Positions 35,641 to 48,229 of a stretch of 64,000 nt of DNA are shown one piece after another (within the stretch, counting starts at the first letter, position 1; each line of letters begins with the position of its first letter). The translations under genes and the position numbers were made by a program. The stretch is from Dicyema japonicum (lineage: Eukaryota; Animalia; Dicyemida): positions 263,545 to 327,544 of the forward strand of contig RDEW01000046.1 of assembly GCA_011109175.1 (NCBI GenBank), read 5' to 3'. The notes under the pieces were generated by a model. It was not told the DNA's origin. It worked only from the letters and a program-made list of their open reading frames with translations, and made no database searches.

Positions 35641-36250
35641 TTAGCTCAAAACGAAATGCTTTTCGATCTTCCATAAGTCTGTGAGGCATTTCAGAACATT
35701 AGTTTTCTTTTCGCATTTCGTAATTGCGTTTTCAACATGGGGGGAGAATGACATATGCATGTCAAAAGTCACTCCAAGGATCCTTTGGGATTTTCTGAAA
35801 GGAATAGCTTCACTGTTTGCCTTCAGTTCGACCGTCCGTCTTCCCAGTCTCTTGTCTAAAGTAAATAGGGTTGTGACAGACTTTACACTGCTGGAAGTTA
35901 GGCGATTCTTCGATAGCCATTTATCAAGACGGTCCAGGTTTTCTTGCAATTTCGAAGTGGTAATCAGGATGTCCTGATCGCGTGACGCAATGAGCCTGGA
36001 CATAATCACCAGTATTAACTGACTTTTCAATGCACATCTCACGTCGTTTTCAGTGAAGTGAATCGTATCCGGTTGTTCTAACTTATGCCGACGACATCGT
36101 CATTGCGTCACGCACTCGACCAATACATGCTTGTGTGGAGTCGAGGGAGAAGCATCAGGCCAAGATGAGGTCCCTGCTAGATCGTGCTGGGATCACGTGA
36201 TTAGTTAGTTTGTGTAATCGTGGTCTCTGGTGTTGTTATTATTAGGACAA
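35641..36250. mobile_element. Rearranged LINE: inverted RT segment, 28-bp foreign patch, plus-strand YADD segment and 3' end
   Basis: Minus 35641-35992 encodes IASRDQDI...KCLTDLW. Plus 36021-36113 encodes LTYADDIVIASR. Plus 36114-36245 is the 3' end with stem-loop and tail. Confidence 0.75.
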
Positions 36251-36259
36251 TTTCCACCC

Positions 36260-37060
36260 TAATGATAAGATATTTCTCCGTGGACAGTTAATATACCCTC
36301 GAATACGACGCAATAATGTTCAGCCTGATCTTTGGGATTTGTTAAGAATCTTCCATTCACATCATAGAGTTTAAGTTTGTTTGTTTTTTTCTGTTAAGCA
36401 GGCGAATTGCAGTGAACCTTTTTGATGAGTCCTTGAGCTATTCAACTTCTGCAACTCTTAGATCAAGTAGGTTAGTGCCGTGATTCTTATTCAAAATCTT
36501 TAAAGTTTTCTGGGTGGATGTTCGTATAGACTTCAAGATTTGTTTCTTGTTCAGATCTGACGTATTTTCCTGTTGTAGTCTTAGTTCCCTTTGTTATTTA
36601 ACGAGTGCGGGGACATCTGGACATTTTTACATAGTGCTGGGAACCACATTCAGATACTTTCATTTGCTCCCGAAAGGATCCCTTTCATTGTCTCGGCCCA
36701 GATGCCTCCTGGAGGAAGTCCGGCATCCAGGTTTCGGAAGATTCGTAATTGACAGTTGCTAGTTGTCCCTGATCAATGTAGAGCAATACAGTTGTTCCAT
36801 TTTGTAGCTTCTTTTTACATCTACGTTTAGCTCTCTATCGTAGGTCAGTTGATGTCCTTGTAGTGAACTTGGCAGAGACTATCTAGTGATCACTGTCAAT
36901 AACTGCACTTCCGTAAGACCTCGAGGCACGTAGGAGTGATTTTTCTTTGATTCAGCAGATGATCTATTCAATTTAGTTGAAAATGTTAATAGAGCCTTCG
37001 GTAGGTAAGAATCGTTGGCCTGTCCATGTCGTTTATGACCAACATGAAAGCTATTGTTTT
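36260..37060 (-). mobile_element. RTE fragment (APE C-terminus and linker)
   Basis: QRELRLQQENT...LKDSSKRFTAIRLL aligns to the intact RTE linker. Confidence 0.6.
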
Positions 37061-37171
37061 TGATGGAATTGGAAAAAATAAAATTAATACAATAGATAAA
37101 AACTAAAAATAAAAAAAGAATTATATATTTAAAAAACAATAAATTACGTGTTCTGTTTCGTATTAATCAAA

Positions 37172-37797
37172 ATGGCTCAGAAAAAGTCTAACGGTGATGA
37201 GACAAAGCAAGGAGAACTGGATTATAACTTTAACGTTTCAACATCATTTAAAGATTACTTAATACTCGTATTCTTTGCCTGTCTTGTTTCGGCATCCCCA
37301 CTATGTACTAAACATAATATTACTATAGGGTATTACTGGAGTATTCTAATAGTTGATTTGACTTCTCTATCAAATTATTATCTAATTCCCCTCGCTTGTA
37401 GTTCCGTTGTCTTAATCCTCTCCTATGTGAGATATAAGGCAAAGTGGAGAGTATATATGTACAACAAACGACTCAATTCTGTTAGTTTGACTATTAAATC
37501 AAAAGAGGACTTTTCTGAATATACTCCTGCTATCAAACGGGAAATGTTTAGTTTCATTTTATTATAGGGTTTTGAGAAATGTCAATGTTGTAGTCTCTCA
37601 TGAAGCTTTTTATGCCTCAATTTTTTATTGTAATCTCGGATTTTATATAACCCACGTGATTATATCATACTTTGTTTTGTTCAATGCTGATCCAAAATTG
37701 TATGTAAATATTTTAATGAATTAGTAACTTTGTAGTGTCATACTTAATATCCCCATGTATTTCACTATTTCTGACTACAGGGACTGCAAAAGAATAA
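37172..37797 (+). CDS. SSR3: Translocon-associated protein gamma, 4 exons
   Basis: Spliced protein LVSASPLWYYW...EAFYASIFYCN...FNADPKFNFVVS...LTTG matches TRAP-gamma. Three micro-introns. Confidence 0.85.
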
Positions 37798-37845
37798 CAT
37801 AATTAATAATTGATTGTTATTTCTAGATTAGTTAATTATTGTTGG

Positions 37846-40679
37846 TTAAATTTTGGACTGGGGGTTAGGTAGTTTAGCCATAGAGGGGTTGACACCCCAA
37901 ATTTCATTAGCATACTGAAATATTGAACGATCAGAGGAGAAATATCCAGCAGAAACAATATTCTTAAAACACATACTATTCCAATGATCAGTTTTCTAAA
38001 TAATAATAATGGGTCAACCAAATATGATTCCTCAATTTTAAGTTGTACTCTGATATAATCGTCATAATCAGCCATAACCATAAATCTATCGTGGTTCAAG
38101 ATACTATAAAAAATTTCATGGAAAAGAGTAGGGTCATCTCTACTAAAGAATCCATCTCTTATTTGATTAAAGCACTCTCTGAGTAATGGATTATTATCAT
38201 AATAGGAACGAGGATTATATCTATGATTATCAGTATAAAACTACCCTGATGAATATTTTGATTTGACATCATCTATTTTCATTCCGAATATAAATATATT
38301 CTCCATTCCAACCTGTTCTGCCATTTCCACATTAGCACCATCCAAAGTCCCAACTGTTAAGGCTCCATTTAGCTTAAATCATAATTATAATTACCATAAA
38401 CTTCATATTTCCTGTTCCTGATGCTTCAGTGCCAGCTAACGATATTTGTTCACTTAAATCAGCAGAAGGAATAATTTTCTCAGCTAATGATACTTTGTAA
38501 TCTGGTAGAAATAAAACTCTGAGATCATTATTTGTTTCAGGATCATTATTAATGACATCAGCAACATTGCATATCAATTTAATGATTAGTTTGGCCATCT
38601 TATAACCAGGTGCTGCCTTTCCTCCAATAATGACAGTTCGTGGGACTACAGTATATTCTTCTAACCCAGATTTGACTCGTTTTAGTCTGTTATACAAAGT
38701 AATAATATGAAGGCAGTTTAATAGTTGTCGTTTGTATTCATGAATTCTCTTAACTTGAACATCAAACATGCTTGAAGGATCAATTGCCATTCCATATGTT
38801 TTCTCAACATAAGCAGCAAATTTTCGTTTATTATTCTTAGATTACAAGTAATCATACCTGTTTTATGACTCCAATTTCGTCCATGATAAGTCGATTATCA
38901 CAAAGGTGAGAGAGTTGTTTCAAATGACTTAAATCAGTAATAAACCCATCTCCAATGTGCTGTAGTAATAAACATTATAAACAGAATGAATAAAGTCAGT
39001 CAAAGCTGGATTACAGTACACCAGCCAACGTCGAGGAGTTATTCCATTTGTTTTGTTTTGAAACTTTTCAGGAGTCATTCTAAAAAAGTCAGAAAAGCTA
39101 AGAAATAACAGCAAAGTCATACATGTCTGTTTTTATAAGTTCAGAGTGAAGTTTGGCAACTCCATTAACCGCGTATGACCCAATTATTGCTAAAAATGCC
39201 ATATTCACCCGTTTATTACAATCCTCCTCAATAAGACTCATTCTACGAACGATCTCAAGATCACGTGGCCATAATGTGGCGACATTCTATAATACTATAA
39301 TAATAAACACCTGCAAATGAATAAAATTAATTTTGAAAATAATTTGTAATATACGAGGAATTACAACACCAAGCATTGAAACAGGCCAATGTTCCAATGC
39401 TTCAGGAAGTACAGTATGATTTGTATAGCTAAATGTTTTGGTGCAAATCTTCCAAGCATAATCCCAATCCAGTCCTTCCACATCCACAAGTATTCTCATC
39501 AATTCAGGGACTGCCAATGAAGGATGGGTATCATTTAATTGAATTGCAACCTAAATTTTAATATAAAGTAGTGCTTTATCGGGAAATTGATCAAACAAAG
39601 TCCTGGGCGTCTTTGATGACTTATATCGACGAATAATATCTTGTAAAGTAGCTGCCACGAGAAAATATTCCTGTTTAAGACGGAGTTCCTTTCCTTCAAA
39701 TCTCTAAAAGTAAAATAATATAAAACATCATCATTTGGGTACAAAACACGAGTTATTGATTCTGCAAGGTTTGTGTCTATCATAGCCTGGACATAATCAC
39801 CAGTGTTAACTAATACTTAATCACATAAATACAGCATTCTAACAGAAACCCAGCTGAAGGTTTAGCAGCCCATAACCTCATTGTGATGACGTGGTTATTT
39901 CCATAACCAGGAACAGGAGTGTCATAAGGCATTGCGTAAACAATTTGAGTATCGATCCAATTAACTTTCCCATCAACTTCATCTGTTCTTCCATAAAAGT
40001 GAATAGGAAGAATATATTCATATCTACATTTTTCCCACGGATTGCTGTATTTAAGCCAATTATCAGCCTCTTCTCTCTAAATATTGAATGATTTGTCAAT
40101 AACTTGATAACCATCATATATGCGTTGCGTGAAGATTCCATAATCATAACGGAGTCCATATCCCATTGCTGCCAAACCTAAGGTTGCCATTGAATCGAGA
40201 TAACAAGCAGCCAAACGCCCAAGTCCCCCATTCCCAAGTCCAGCATCTGGTTCCATTTCCTCTAACTCCTCCATATCAAGTCCCAACTTTATGTGATTAT
40301 TCACCATTACCTGATAAATAGCTTCCTCACATTCACCTTCAATACCAATATTTATCATAGAATTGCTCAAAAGTCGACCAACGTAGAATTCCATAGAAAG
40401 ATAATAAATTCTCTAAACGTGAATGGACAAGTAAACTTTTGAATCTCGTTCATAGTGGTACTGGTGAGATCTAATCCAACGGGATGCCATTTTGTCGCTT
40501 ACAACGTATGCGAGAGAGAAGTAATAATCTCGTCTAGTGGCAACATTTCTATCCTTGCACCGAGAGTAGTGAAGATGTCGATTAAAACTTTGTTTGATAT
40601 CTTTTACGTCGTCGGCTCCAGGAATACTGCGGACACTAATTTGTTTTCTCCTTTCAGAATCAGATATGGGAGAGGCCAT
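37846..40679 (-). CDS. PYG: Glycogen phosphorylase, 14 exons
   Basis: [39 protein letters not shown] and [11 protein letters not shown] (PLP lysine). Thirteen introns of 22-27 nt; frame intact throughout. Confidence 0.97.
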
Positions 40680-40789
40680 TAACAAGTTAATTCAAATTAA
40701 AAAAATAAGATTATGATTTGGATAAATATTATTATTATTAGCAATATAATATAAATTTATATAAACTACAGTTCAAATGGTTCCTATCC

Positions 40790-41100
40790 TTAAAAGACAG
40801 AATTGTCCGGATCAAACAGATGGAGAAACGAAAGATGGAGAAAATTTACAAAACTCGGTTCCTTTCTTGGGATTCTGAAGAAATCGCCAGGAGAAAATTG
40901 TTATTGTCAAGTAACTATGACTAAATTAACCAAATAATGGATTGAAGGACGTCATGTTTATAAATATTTGGGGGAACAATGCACAAAAGCATCTCGAAAA
41001 ATCAACATACTGAAAACTGTGTCAGGTCTTTCGGCCAAAGCAATGGGAGCCGAACCATCATATATAAACAATTAATTCGAATCACAATTAACCATGCAAG
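40790..41100 (+). mobile_element. Mixed short RTE and LINE remnants
   Basis: WRKFTKLGSFLGDSEEIARRK (RTE) and RKINILKTVSG (LINE). Confidence 0.45.
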
Positions 41101-41570
41101 TCCTTGTTGACCTCTATCTCCCTTAATTCTATCGACATTCTACAAAGTCTAAAACTCTAACAATTACTGGATGTCTCAAATAACCCCTATTGGTCATCTT
41201 CACTGGGAAACAAAGATCCTCCCAATTGGAAACCTTTTGGAAATGAAAGTTCTGTACTCCCAAGCCTAAAATTTGCAGGCATTGAGCACGCAATTGGGAG
41301 TTACCTCTTATGATCGCGAGCCCATTGTTTTGCAAGATTTTAGGCTCGCCCTTCCACAGCCCTGAAAGCCGTCCGATTAGCCTATAAAATCAGACTTCTC
41401 AACAGAGATCAGCTAGAAGGCGCACCGTTACCAATGTCACAGTACTTTCTCCTTTATAAGTCTTCAGCAGTGCTCGCTGCTGAACCCGCGCGCATCGATG
41501 AATTGAGACAATTTTCATTAAGGAAAGTATCCATGTTGTTGAATCCTAAGCAAAACACCTCACTTTGCTC
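41100..41570 (-). mobile_element. CRE 3' remnant
   Basis: Similar at nucleotide level to 28066-28270; encodes LAIIRGNSQ. Confidence 0.65.
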
Positions 41571-41599
41571 CATGAAAAATAATTATAAAAATTATTAAC

Positions 41600-42100
41600 A
41601 TAAAGATAAGTGACCACATGTCAAAAAACTTGGTTCCCTTCTAAGAGAAAGTGCAGATATTATACGAAGAAAAACCTTGGCAAATAAGGCTATGTGTAAA
41701 TTAAAAAAATTATGGCTTGAACCAATACTATAGAATTTAGGATACTGCTATAAAACTCGCTTATAAAACCTATACTGCTATATAATGCTGGGACCTGGGC
41801 TACCTCAAAAAAGAAAGTGTAGAGGCTGAAACTGTTTCCAAATGAACTACATGAGAAAATAACAAATGAGATGGTCGATCAGGATCTCATGCAAAGTAAT
41901 TTATAAGAAATGCAGGAGTAAGCATGAAGATAATGGAATCTCGTTGGTGATTATTCGGGCATATCCTGAGGATGAAGTTGCATCCCTGTCCAACAGAGCA
42001 ACGGAAGACAACTATGCTTGTAAGAGGGAAGTTATTAAGAACCCTAATAATAGAGGTGTATGGAAGAGACATTCTACAAACATTATGCTCCTGTAAAGTG
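41600..42100 (+). mobile_element. RTE 3' remnant
   Basis: LGSLL..ADII, ILLYNAGTW and IIRAYP. Confidence 0.6.
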
Positions 42101-42639
42101 CTCATAACAAATATTAATTTTGAGCCTAAATTTAATAAAAGTAATCACAAATTGCGGTAGATAAGATTCAGATAGGAAATAAATTGATTTTAATCTCTAT
42201 ATCCCCACTGAATAATGATGTAATTAATTTTCATATAGTCCGCAATGAAGCAAAGACCATTGAAACAGTCACGATTATAATCCCAAATGTTCTTAGTTCG
42301 ACCAATACTATTAAAAATTAAATTTTCGTAATTCTATTTTAAGTCTATTTGTAACATAAATTACAATTATAGTCAATATATCAATTGCACAATCAATTGC
42401 ACTTAATTATATAGTTAATGACCCAATAATAGCTGTTGTGATTACTTTGTCAATAAATAGTAACTTTGGTTTATAAACTTGCGAAATTTATACTAAATGT
42501 AAAAAATCAATAAATGGTTATCTCGGTTACTATATTCCATTTCGATACCTCCAACCTCTTAATCTCATTGACAACTTTTGTTTATAATATTTTCTTATCA
42601 AAATTATTATTAATTTATTTTTTTGAAGTGTTTTTCTTA

Positions 42640-42930
42640 ATAATACTGCAGTTTATGAAAGTCGTATTAATTATAGCTCCTCCCAGGAAGGACACACATA
42701 TTAGTTAAATAAAGAGTAGTTGTCATAACTAATCGATGATAACCAAGGAATGCTCTTCACTTCTTTTTTCTTTATGTTGGGTGTGAATCCTTTTGTAGAT
42801 AATCCGGTTCAGCAGTGCGCTGTTCACTGATGACGACATTACTCATCAACCAAAGCATCGTTGATGAGTGGAACTTTCAACCAGAATGTACAGCAGCTAG
42901 ATTCTAACTAGGGGCTATCAGGTCTTTTTT
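42640..42930 (-). mobile_element. Older diverged copy of the tRNA-SINE
   Basis: Colinear matches to 3160-3405: atagctcc..ggacacaca, aaccaaggaatg, cactgatgacg, agcatcgt.gatg.gtggaa and acagcagc.aga.tc.aact. Confidence 0.65.
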
Positions 42931-43129
42931 TCTGGTACTCGTTACACTGAAGCAACATGTTTTTTCTCAAATATCTTACTTTTTAATGGAATTTTCCATT
43001 CTTCAGTAGAAATGTGTTATTCATTATTTTTAATTTTATAATTATATTTAACCATATCCATTGGTAGGACTTATTAGACCTCCAACAATTTTATTATTTC
43101 TGGAATAGAGGGTTAATTTTTTCATTTAT

Positions 43130-43430
43130 TAATTTATTAACCCCGGATACACCGAGAAAAAGTTAAAGTATACTCAATTCCAAAGACTACAAGTAAATAC
43201 TAGAACTAGATCACTATGTGATCCCAACACGTTTCAGCAAATCCTTTAGTGGTTCGGTGTTCCTCTCTTCATCCCACACAAATCCATGGTGGTCGGTGTA
43301 ACGGTTGCCATGAACCGCTTATGCAAATTAAGGTTACCAGGATGTTTTGTGGATCTCCAATAAACCAATTTCCGGTCACCCTCTTCTGCCGTGATCTTTT
43401 GGGCATTCGTCCAATAACAATCTAAATAGT
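43130..43430 (-). mobile_element. LINE 3' fragment
   Basis: GGGATCAC stem-loop variant and ggggttaataaa end. Confidence 0.55.
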
Positions 43431-43501
43431 CTACTAGAGATTGACACAAAATTGTCAATTAAAACCAACTTTTCTCAATTTAACCACAAATATGTTAATA
43501 A

Positions 43502-43920
43502 TTAATATGTAGCAGTAGCATCAACAGTGAAATAAACTCCCTCTTTAATGCAGTACATTGCCTTCTTATATTCAGGGGGAGCCTCATCAGGGTTAGACAT
43601 AAATTCTGCATTGCTGAAAGAAGGAGGAAGACTTTCGAATGACACATTGTTTCTAATATTTTTAAGCATATTCTGGATAAGTAAATAAAACTACATCATT
43701 GATTATATTTATTCTGTACAATGTCCAGTATTTAGCTGACACAACACAAAACACAAGAGAAATAATCATCAATAATGAAGACAAATGCGAGTATTCTGTC
43801 AAATATATTCCTATTATTAAGACAATCAAAACCAAAAAATAATAACCCCATAATCCCACAAACAATGCTTATGCTTGTAAAAAATAAAGCCCTCAAAAAA
43901 TAGTTCCTATTTTGACCCAT
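43502..43920 (-). CDS. Putative small membrane protein with PPxY motif; needs a 1-nt correction in a T-run
   Basis: Hydrophobic N-terminal half, one 22-nt intron, then LPPSF...APPEY. The first two segments join only with a frameshift near 43840. Confidence 0.4.
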
Positions 43921-43989
43921 ACAATTGTTTTATTTTTTAAAAGTATTAGAAATTTTTATTAATATTTTTTTACAAATTCTATTGAAATT

Positions 43990-44140
43990 TATTGATTTTA
44001 AATTCTACCTTTCCGTTTGTGGAAGACCAGGAACAACCCTCCCGGTCCTTTTACAAGGCTATCTGAAAGGCACAAAGAAAACATTGGCATCTGCTGACGA
44101 CATGGACACACTGAGGGATCTGGCTAACTCTTTCTCTTAT
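43990..44140 (+). mobile_element. RTE C-terminal tip
   Basis: GRPGTTLP...SADDMDTLRDLA. Confidence 0.6.
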
Positions 44141-44214
44141 ATTTTTGCTTCACATGCTATAAATATTAAGGCTCTCGTGAAAGTGCTAATATTAATAATA
44201 AACATTTCCGTTTT

Positions 44215-44525
44215 TTTAAATATACAAAGACTACAAATAAATACCAGAACTAGATAACTATGTTCAACAATTGTCAACGATCACAGAATGGTTATTGCCA
44301 CCTTTGGTCGGGCGAAACATGGTATCAAGCATAAGAAACATAACAACATTACAAACAATAGTAATGAGAATACAAGAAATGGATACGTAACGGGAAAACT
44401 GATCTCTCATCCAGACACAGTCAAAAATTACCAAAATACATCTGCTCTTATCTGAAAAACCCAACAGTAGGAATTTCGTGGGATCGCAAAAAGAATATAA
44501 TAAACGAAGCAGCAAACCAGTACCT
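44215..44525 (-). mobile_element. LINE 3' fragment
   Basis: 3' end similar to 43185-43225. Confidence 0.4.
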
Positions 44526-44529
44526 TGGT

Positions 44530-46300
44530 ACGCGGGAGATAGTCAATATGGGTGGACGATACATACAGAACTAGCAAAGAGTTAGCAAAGGAGTTAAAAG
44601 AAATCCATACAAAAAAAATAAACGAAAAAAACTATATCATGAGAAAAGCCCTTCAGGGGCAGATGGACCAAATCCGTAAAAAAATCAGGAGACTGAACAA
44701 GACACTACACCAAGAAGAACTACTTCGCAAAATCAACGAAGTATCCAAACTCAAAGATAATTCACAAATGTATTTGGCCGCTCGTTTACTACGCCACACA
44801 ACCCGGAAGGAACGAATAATCATCAAAGACAAAAATGCCAAGACATTACTGAATACTGAAGAGCAAACGGAAGTAATTGCAGCACATTTTGAGAAACTTT
44901 TCAATGTGACTACAGCAATCCTCCCATTCAAAGGAAAACCTAGACCCTTGAAAAAATCAATTACAATTTTGGAAGTAAAAACAGCATCAAAAACTAAAAA
45001 TAACAGAAGCCCTGGACCAGATACGATAAACCCAGAATAACTGAAATACGGCTCTGACCCCTTTTTGAAAAAATCGCTACACTACTAAATGAAATGCTTT
45101 CAACTAACTAACTTTACCCTGAGAACGGATTACTAATACTTATACAAAAACCAATAAACCAAAGGACCGGTTGAAAACTCACAACCTATTATATTATCAA
45201 ATTCTCTACGGAAAGTCTTAGCTAACATTTTATTGGAACGAATAAAACGACCCGCCTATGAATACCTACCCGAAAGTCAAAGTGGGTTCAGAGAAGGAAG
45301 ATCAACAGCTGATGCAGTCTGGAGTCACAGATGGAGATGTGAACACATAAAAGATATTGCAATGACATCCACATTCTGGGAATAGATTCTATCAAAAGCC
45401 TTTGACTCGGTTAATAGGAAAATTGATGACAGTGCTGGAAGGGTTTATTGACGAATCGAGTCTAAGAATGATTCAAATCCTTTTATCTAACACAGAGCTC
45501 CTTGTGAGAGTTGGAAAAAACCTACTCAAGAAAATTTGAATCAAACACAGGCACTCTCAAGGAGACTCCCTCTCTCTGCTACTATTCACAATATACTTGG
45601 AGGCTGCTATGAAGGAACTGAGACCATTATACCAAGGAAAAATATAAGAAGTGATTTATGCTGATGTAGACCTAATTTCTGAAGACAAAGAACTCCTGGA
45701 GCATGTACTAGAAAAGCACCAGATATACTTGGCAATTGTTTCTCACCGTGAACAGGGAAAAAACAGAACAGACAAGATAAGACGAGTAAACAACTCACTC
45801 GAAGAAAAATGGAGACACATAAAGAAACTTTTCTCTCTACTAGGAGATAGCGAAGACATCATACGGAGAAAAACATTGCAAATGCGGCATTAAAGGTTAA
45901 AAATCTTTGGCTAAAACGGAAAGGATTTAACATAAAACAAAGGATTATGTTATACGACACTTCATCAAACCAATTCCTACTATACAACTCTGGGACCTGG
46001 GCCACCTCTAAATAAAAATTGGAGAGGCTAGACTCATTTCACAGAATCATCTAAGAAACAAGACTGGAATGTCATGGCCATCCAAGATCTCGCGGAATGG
46101 ACTGTACAATAAGTGTGACTGTATACCATTAAGCCACGAGATCATTAACTCTCGTAGGAGACTTTGGACACGTCACTATCTGACTATCCTCAGCAACTCC
46201 AGGAAGCCCCACCATGATAAGAAAAATGAATTGGTCATTCGACGTAAGGATCACAAAACCACATGAATCAGACAATAATTCTAAACGTCGTCCATCCTGA
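44530..46300 (+). mobile_element. Degenerate RTE (linker to C-terminus)
   Basis: KNNRSPGPDTI, QSGFREGRSTAD, QGDSLS, IYADVD and LLYNSGTW. Confidence 0.85.
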
Positions 46301-46329
46301 TTTGTCTTGAAACAACCATAACTAGTATT

Positions 46330-47330
46330 CTTTTAATTAAGATCGCTAATTAGATAGTACAGGGATTCTTGTTGTATTACTCAGAGATATCTGTAGAACA
46401 AGTCTCAAGAGTTTTGGATTATAGACCACCAACACTAATCCATACTCCGTCGCAACAAACGTCCATGCTTACAAATTCACAAAATACATCACAAACAACT
46501 TTAGGATTACGAATTCAGGAGCAGTCCCGGTAGAAAATAGACGTTCCCGTACCTGCAACTGCTCCAGCCTTCCATAAAACGTCCACAGTATCAATATTAC
46601 TCTTCGCTTTTTTTAATTTTGTCTTATTGACCACCAACATGTCGATCTTGGAGGCACTCGCAAGTAGTGTTAGTACATTATGCCTTTTCTCTAAGGATCG
46701 GGTATTCACTAGCACTATTTTTAGCCCTTGCTTCAAACATTTGAGTGACCTTTTTTTCGAACCCAAGTTCACCATCTCCATGTAATCCACATATGCAATC
46801 GAGCACAGATAGTTTAGTCGTGACATAATTTCCAATATTTCTGTGTATACATTCTAATACGGTCGTCCACCTTTGTAGAAGGAATAGCGGATCTCCAGGC
46901 AAAACAGGCATATTCAATCTGCTGAAGCCATGTTGAAAATCAGGAAATTGTAGAACAGGGGAGATTAACATTAGTACAAACTTCTTCAACACTTTTGACA
47001 AGTTATGGACTCTTGGTCCAGGTTTTGTCTTTTGTCGGATGTGTGATTTTCCATATTTTTTTGGAGACATGTGTCAGCGGTTACTGCATCAAGTAATGAA
47101 AAAGTTTGATGGTTTTGGTCAAGCGATTTTCTGAGATATTTTAAGCCCTTTATTTTAAAATGGTCACCCAAAGGCAGGATTTTCGACTACCAATGTAAGT
47201 TCCCGACAGGAGGTGATTTTAAACAGACCGTAGTAGCTCTCAATTCTGAATTTAGAAGCTGCCGCAGATTTTAATAAGAGAGAGTGTTATGATTGGAGCC
47301 CAGCTTGGGGAGGGATAATTCAGTGTCTTG
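46330..47330 (-). mobile_element. 5' remnant of a CR1/L2-like LINE: PHD-like Cys cluster followed by APE N-terminus
   Basis: ITCQKC...ICLFC, then KIVLVNTRSL...KIDMLVVNKTKL. Confidence 0.45.
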
Positions 47331-47427
47331 AATTGCTCGTACAGAAACGTTAGAACTTGACTAAAGAGTTTCCACGAAGAACAATGAAAGTAATAAAGAA
47401 ATTTTTTATAATATTACAAATATAAAA

Positions 47428-48106
47428 TTATGAGTCAAGTAAATGATTAAGGGCAGAATGATAATATTTCATTTTCTTAACAACATTGAATGCATTCAAT
47501 AATTGTCTATTTTCATAAAAATAAGCAAATTGTTTGCATAAATTATTTATTTCATTTTCTATTTCTTCTTTAATTTTATTTCTATTGTCATCAGTTTTCG
47601 AATCCTGAATCCTTTCATTTAATTCAAATATATTAAGCAAAAAATCATCACTCCCCTCTTCCTTATCAGTTAAAACAAGTCCACTGAGAGAGAGGATGTA
47701 TTCTGACCTCAATACAGAATCCTTTAGAACGTTGTATGCATCGTTTATAAATTTTGATTGATCTACCGAGTACTTTTTTTCTCTCTATAATATTAAATAC
47801 TTTTAATACGTCACAATTAGAAAAAGTGATGTCCGGATGGATAATCTGCTGATATTTTCTTCTAATTTCGGAGAGTCTCAAATAATCCACATTTGGTGAT
47901 ATTGGAAGATTAAATAGCGTAAAGTAATCGATGTGAGAACATTTTGGTTGGATGGCTTTACAAGAACAGAAAATGAACTCTCCAGTCTTCATTCTACGAC
48001 CACATTTCCAGCATCGATTCAAACATTTCTGTGAATATTCTTTAAATTGATTTAATTTAATAAATTTAAAATTCACTAATAATCGATTCATTAACAACAA
48101 ACTCAT
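47428..48106 (-). CDS. HSCB: Fe-S co-chaperone HscB/Hsc20, 2 exons
   Basis: CWKC...FCSCKAIQP, DYFTLF, HPD, INDAYNVLKD..LRSEYIL. One 25-nt intron. Confidence 0.92.
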
Positions 48107-48229
48107 GTAACCACAATTTTTAAATTTATATTATGTAATTTATTATTTATACAAAAAAATAAATACATAAAATAACTATATTATTATAAAAAGATCAATT
48201 AATAGATTTTCTATTAATTGGTTAAAAAT

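Noticed and set aside
42820-42875. C/D snoRNA or standalone hairpin (CTGATGA; ACTCATCAAC/GTTGATGAGT stem)
   Set aside because: It lies within the old SINE copy, has no D box at a suitable position, and the stem is not preserved in the younger copy.
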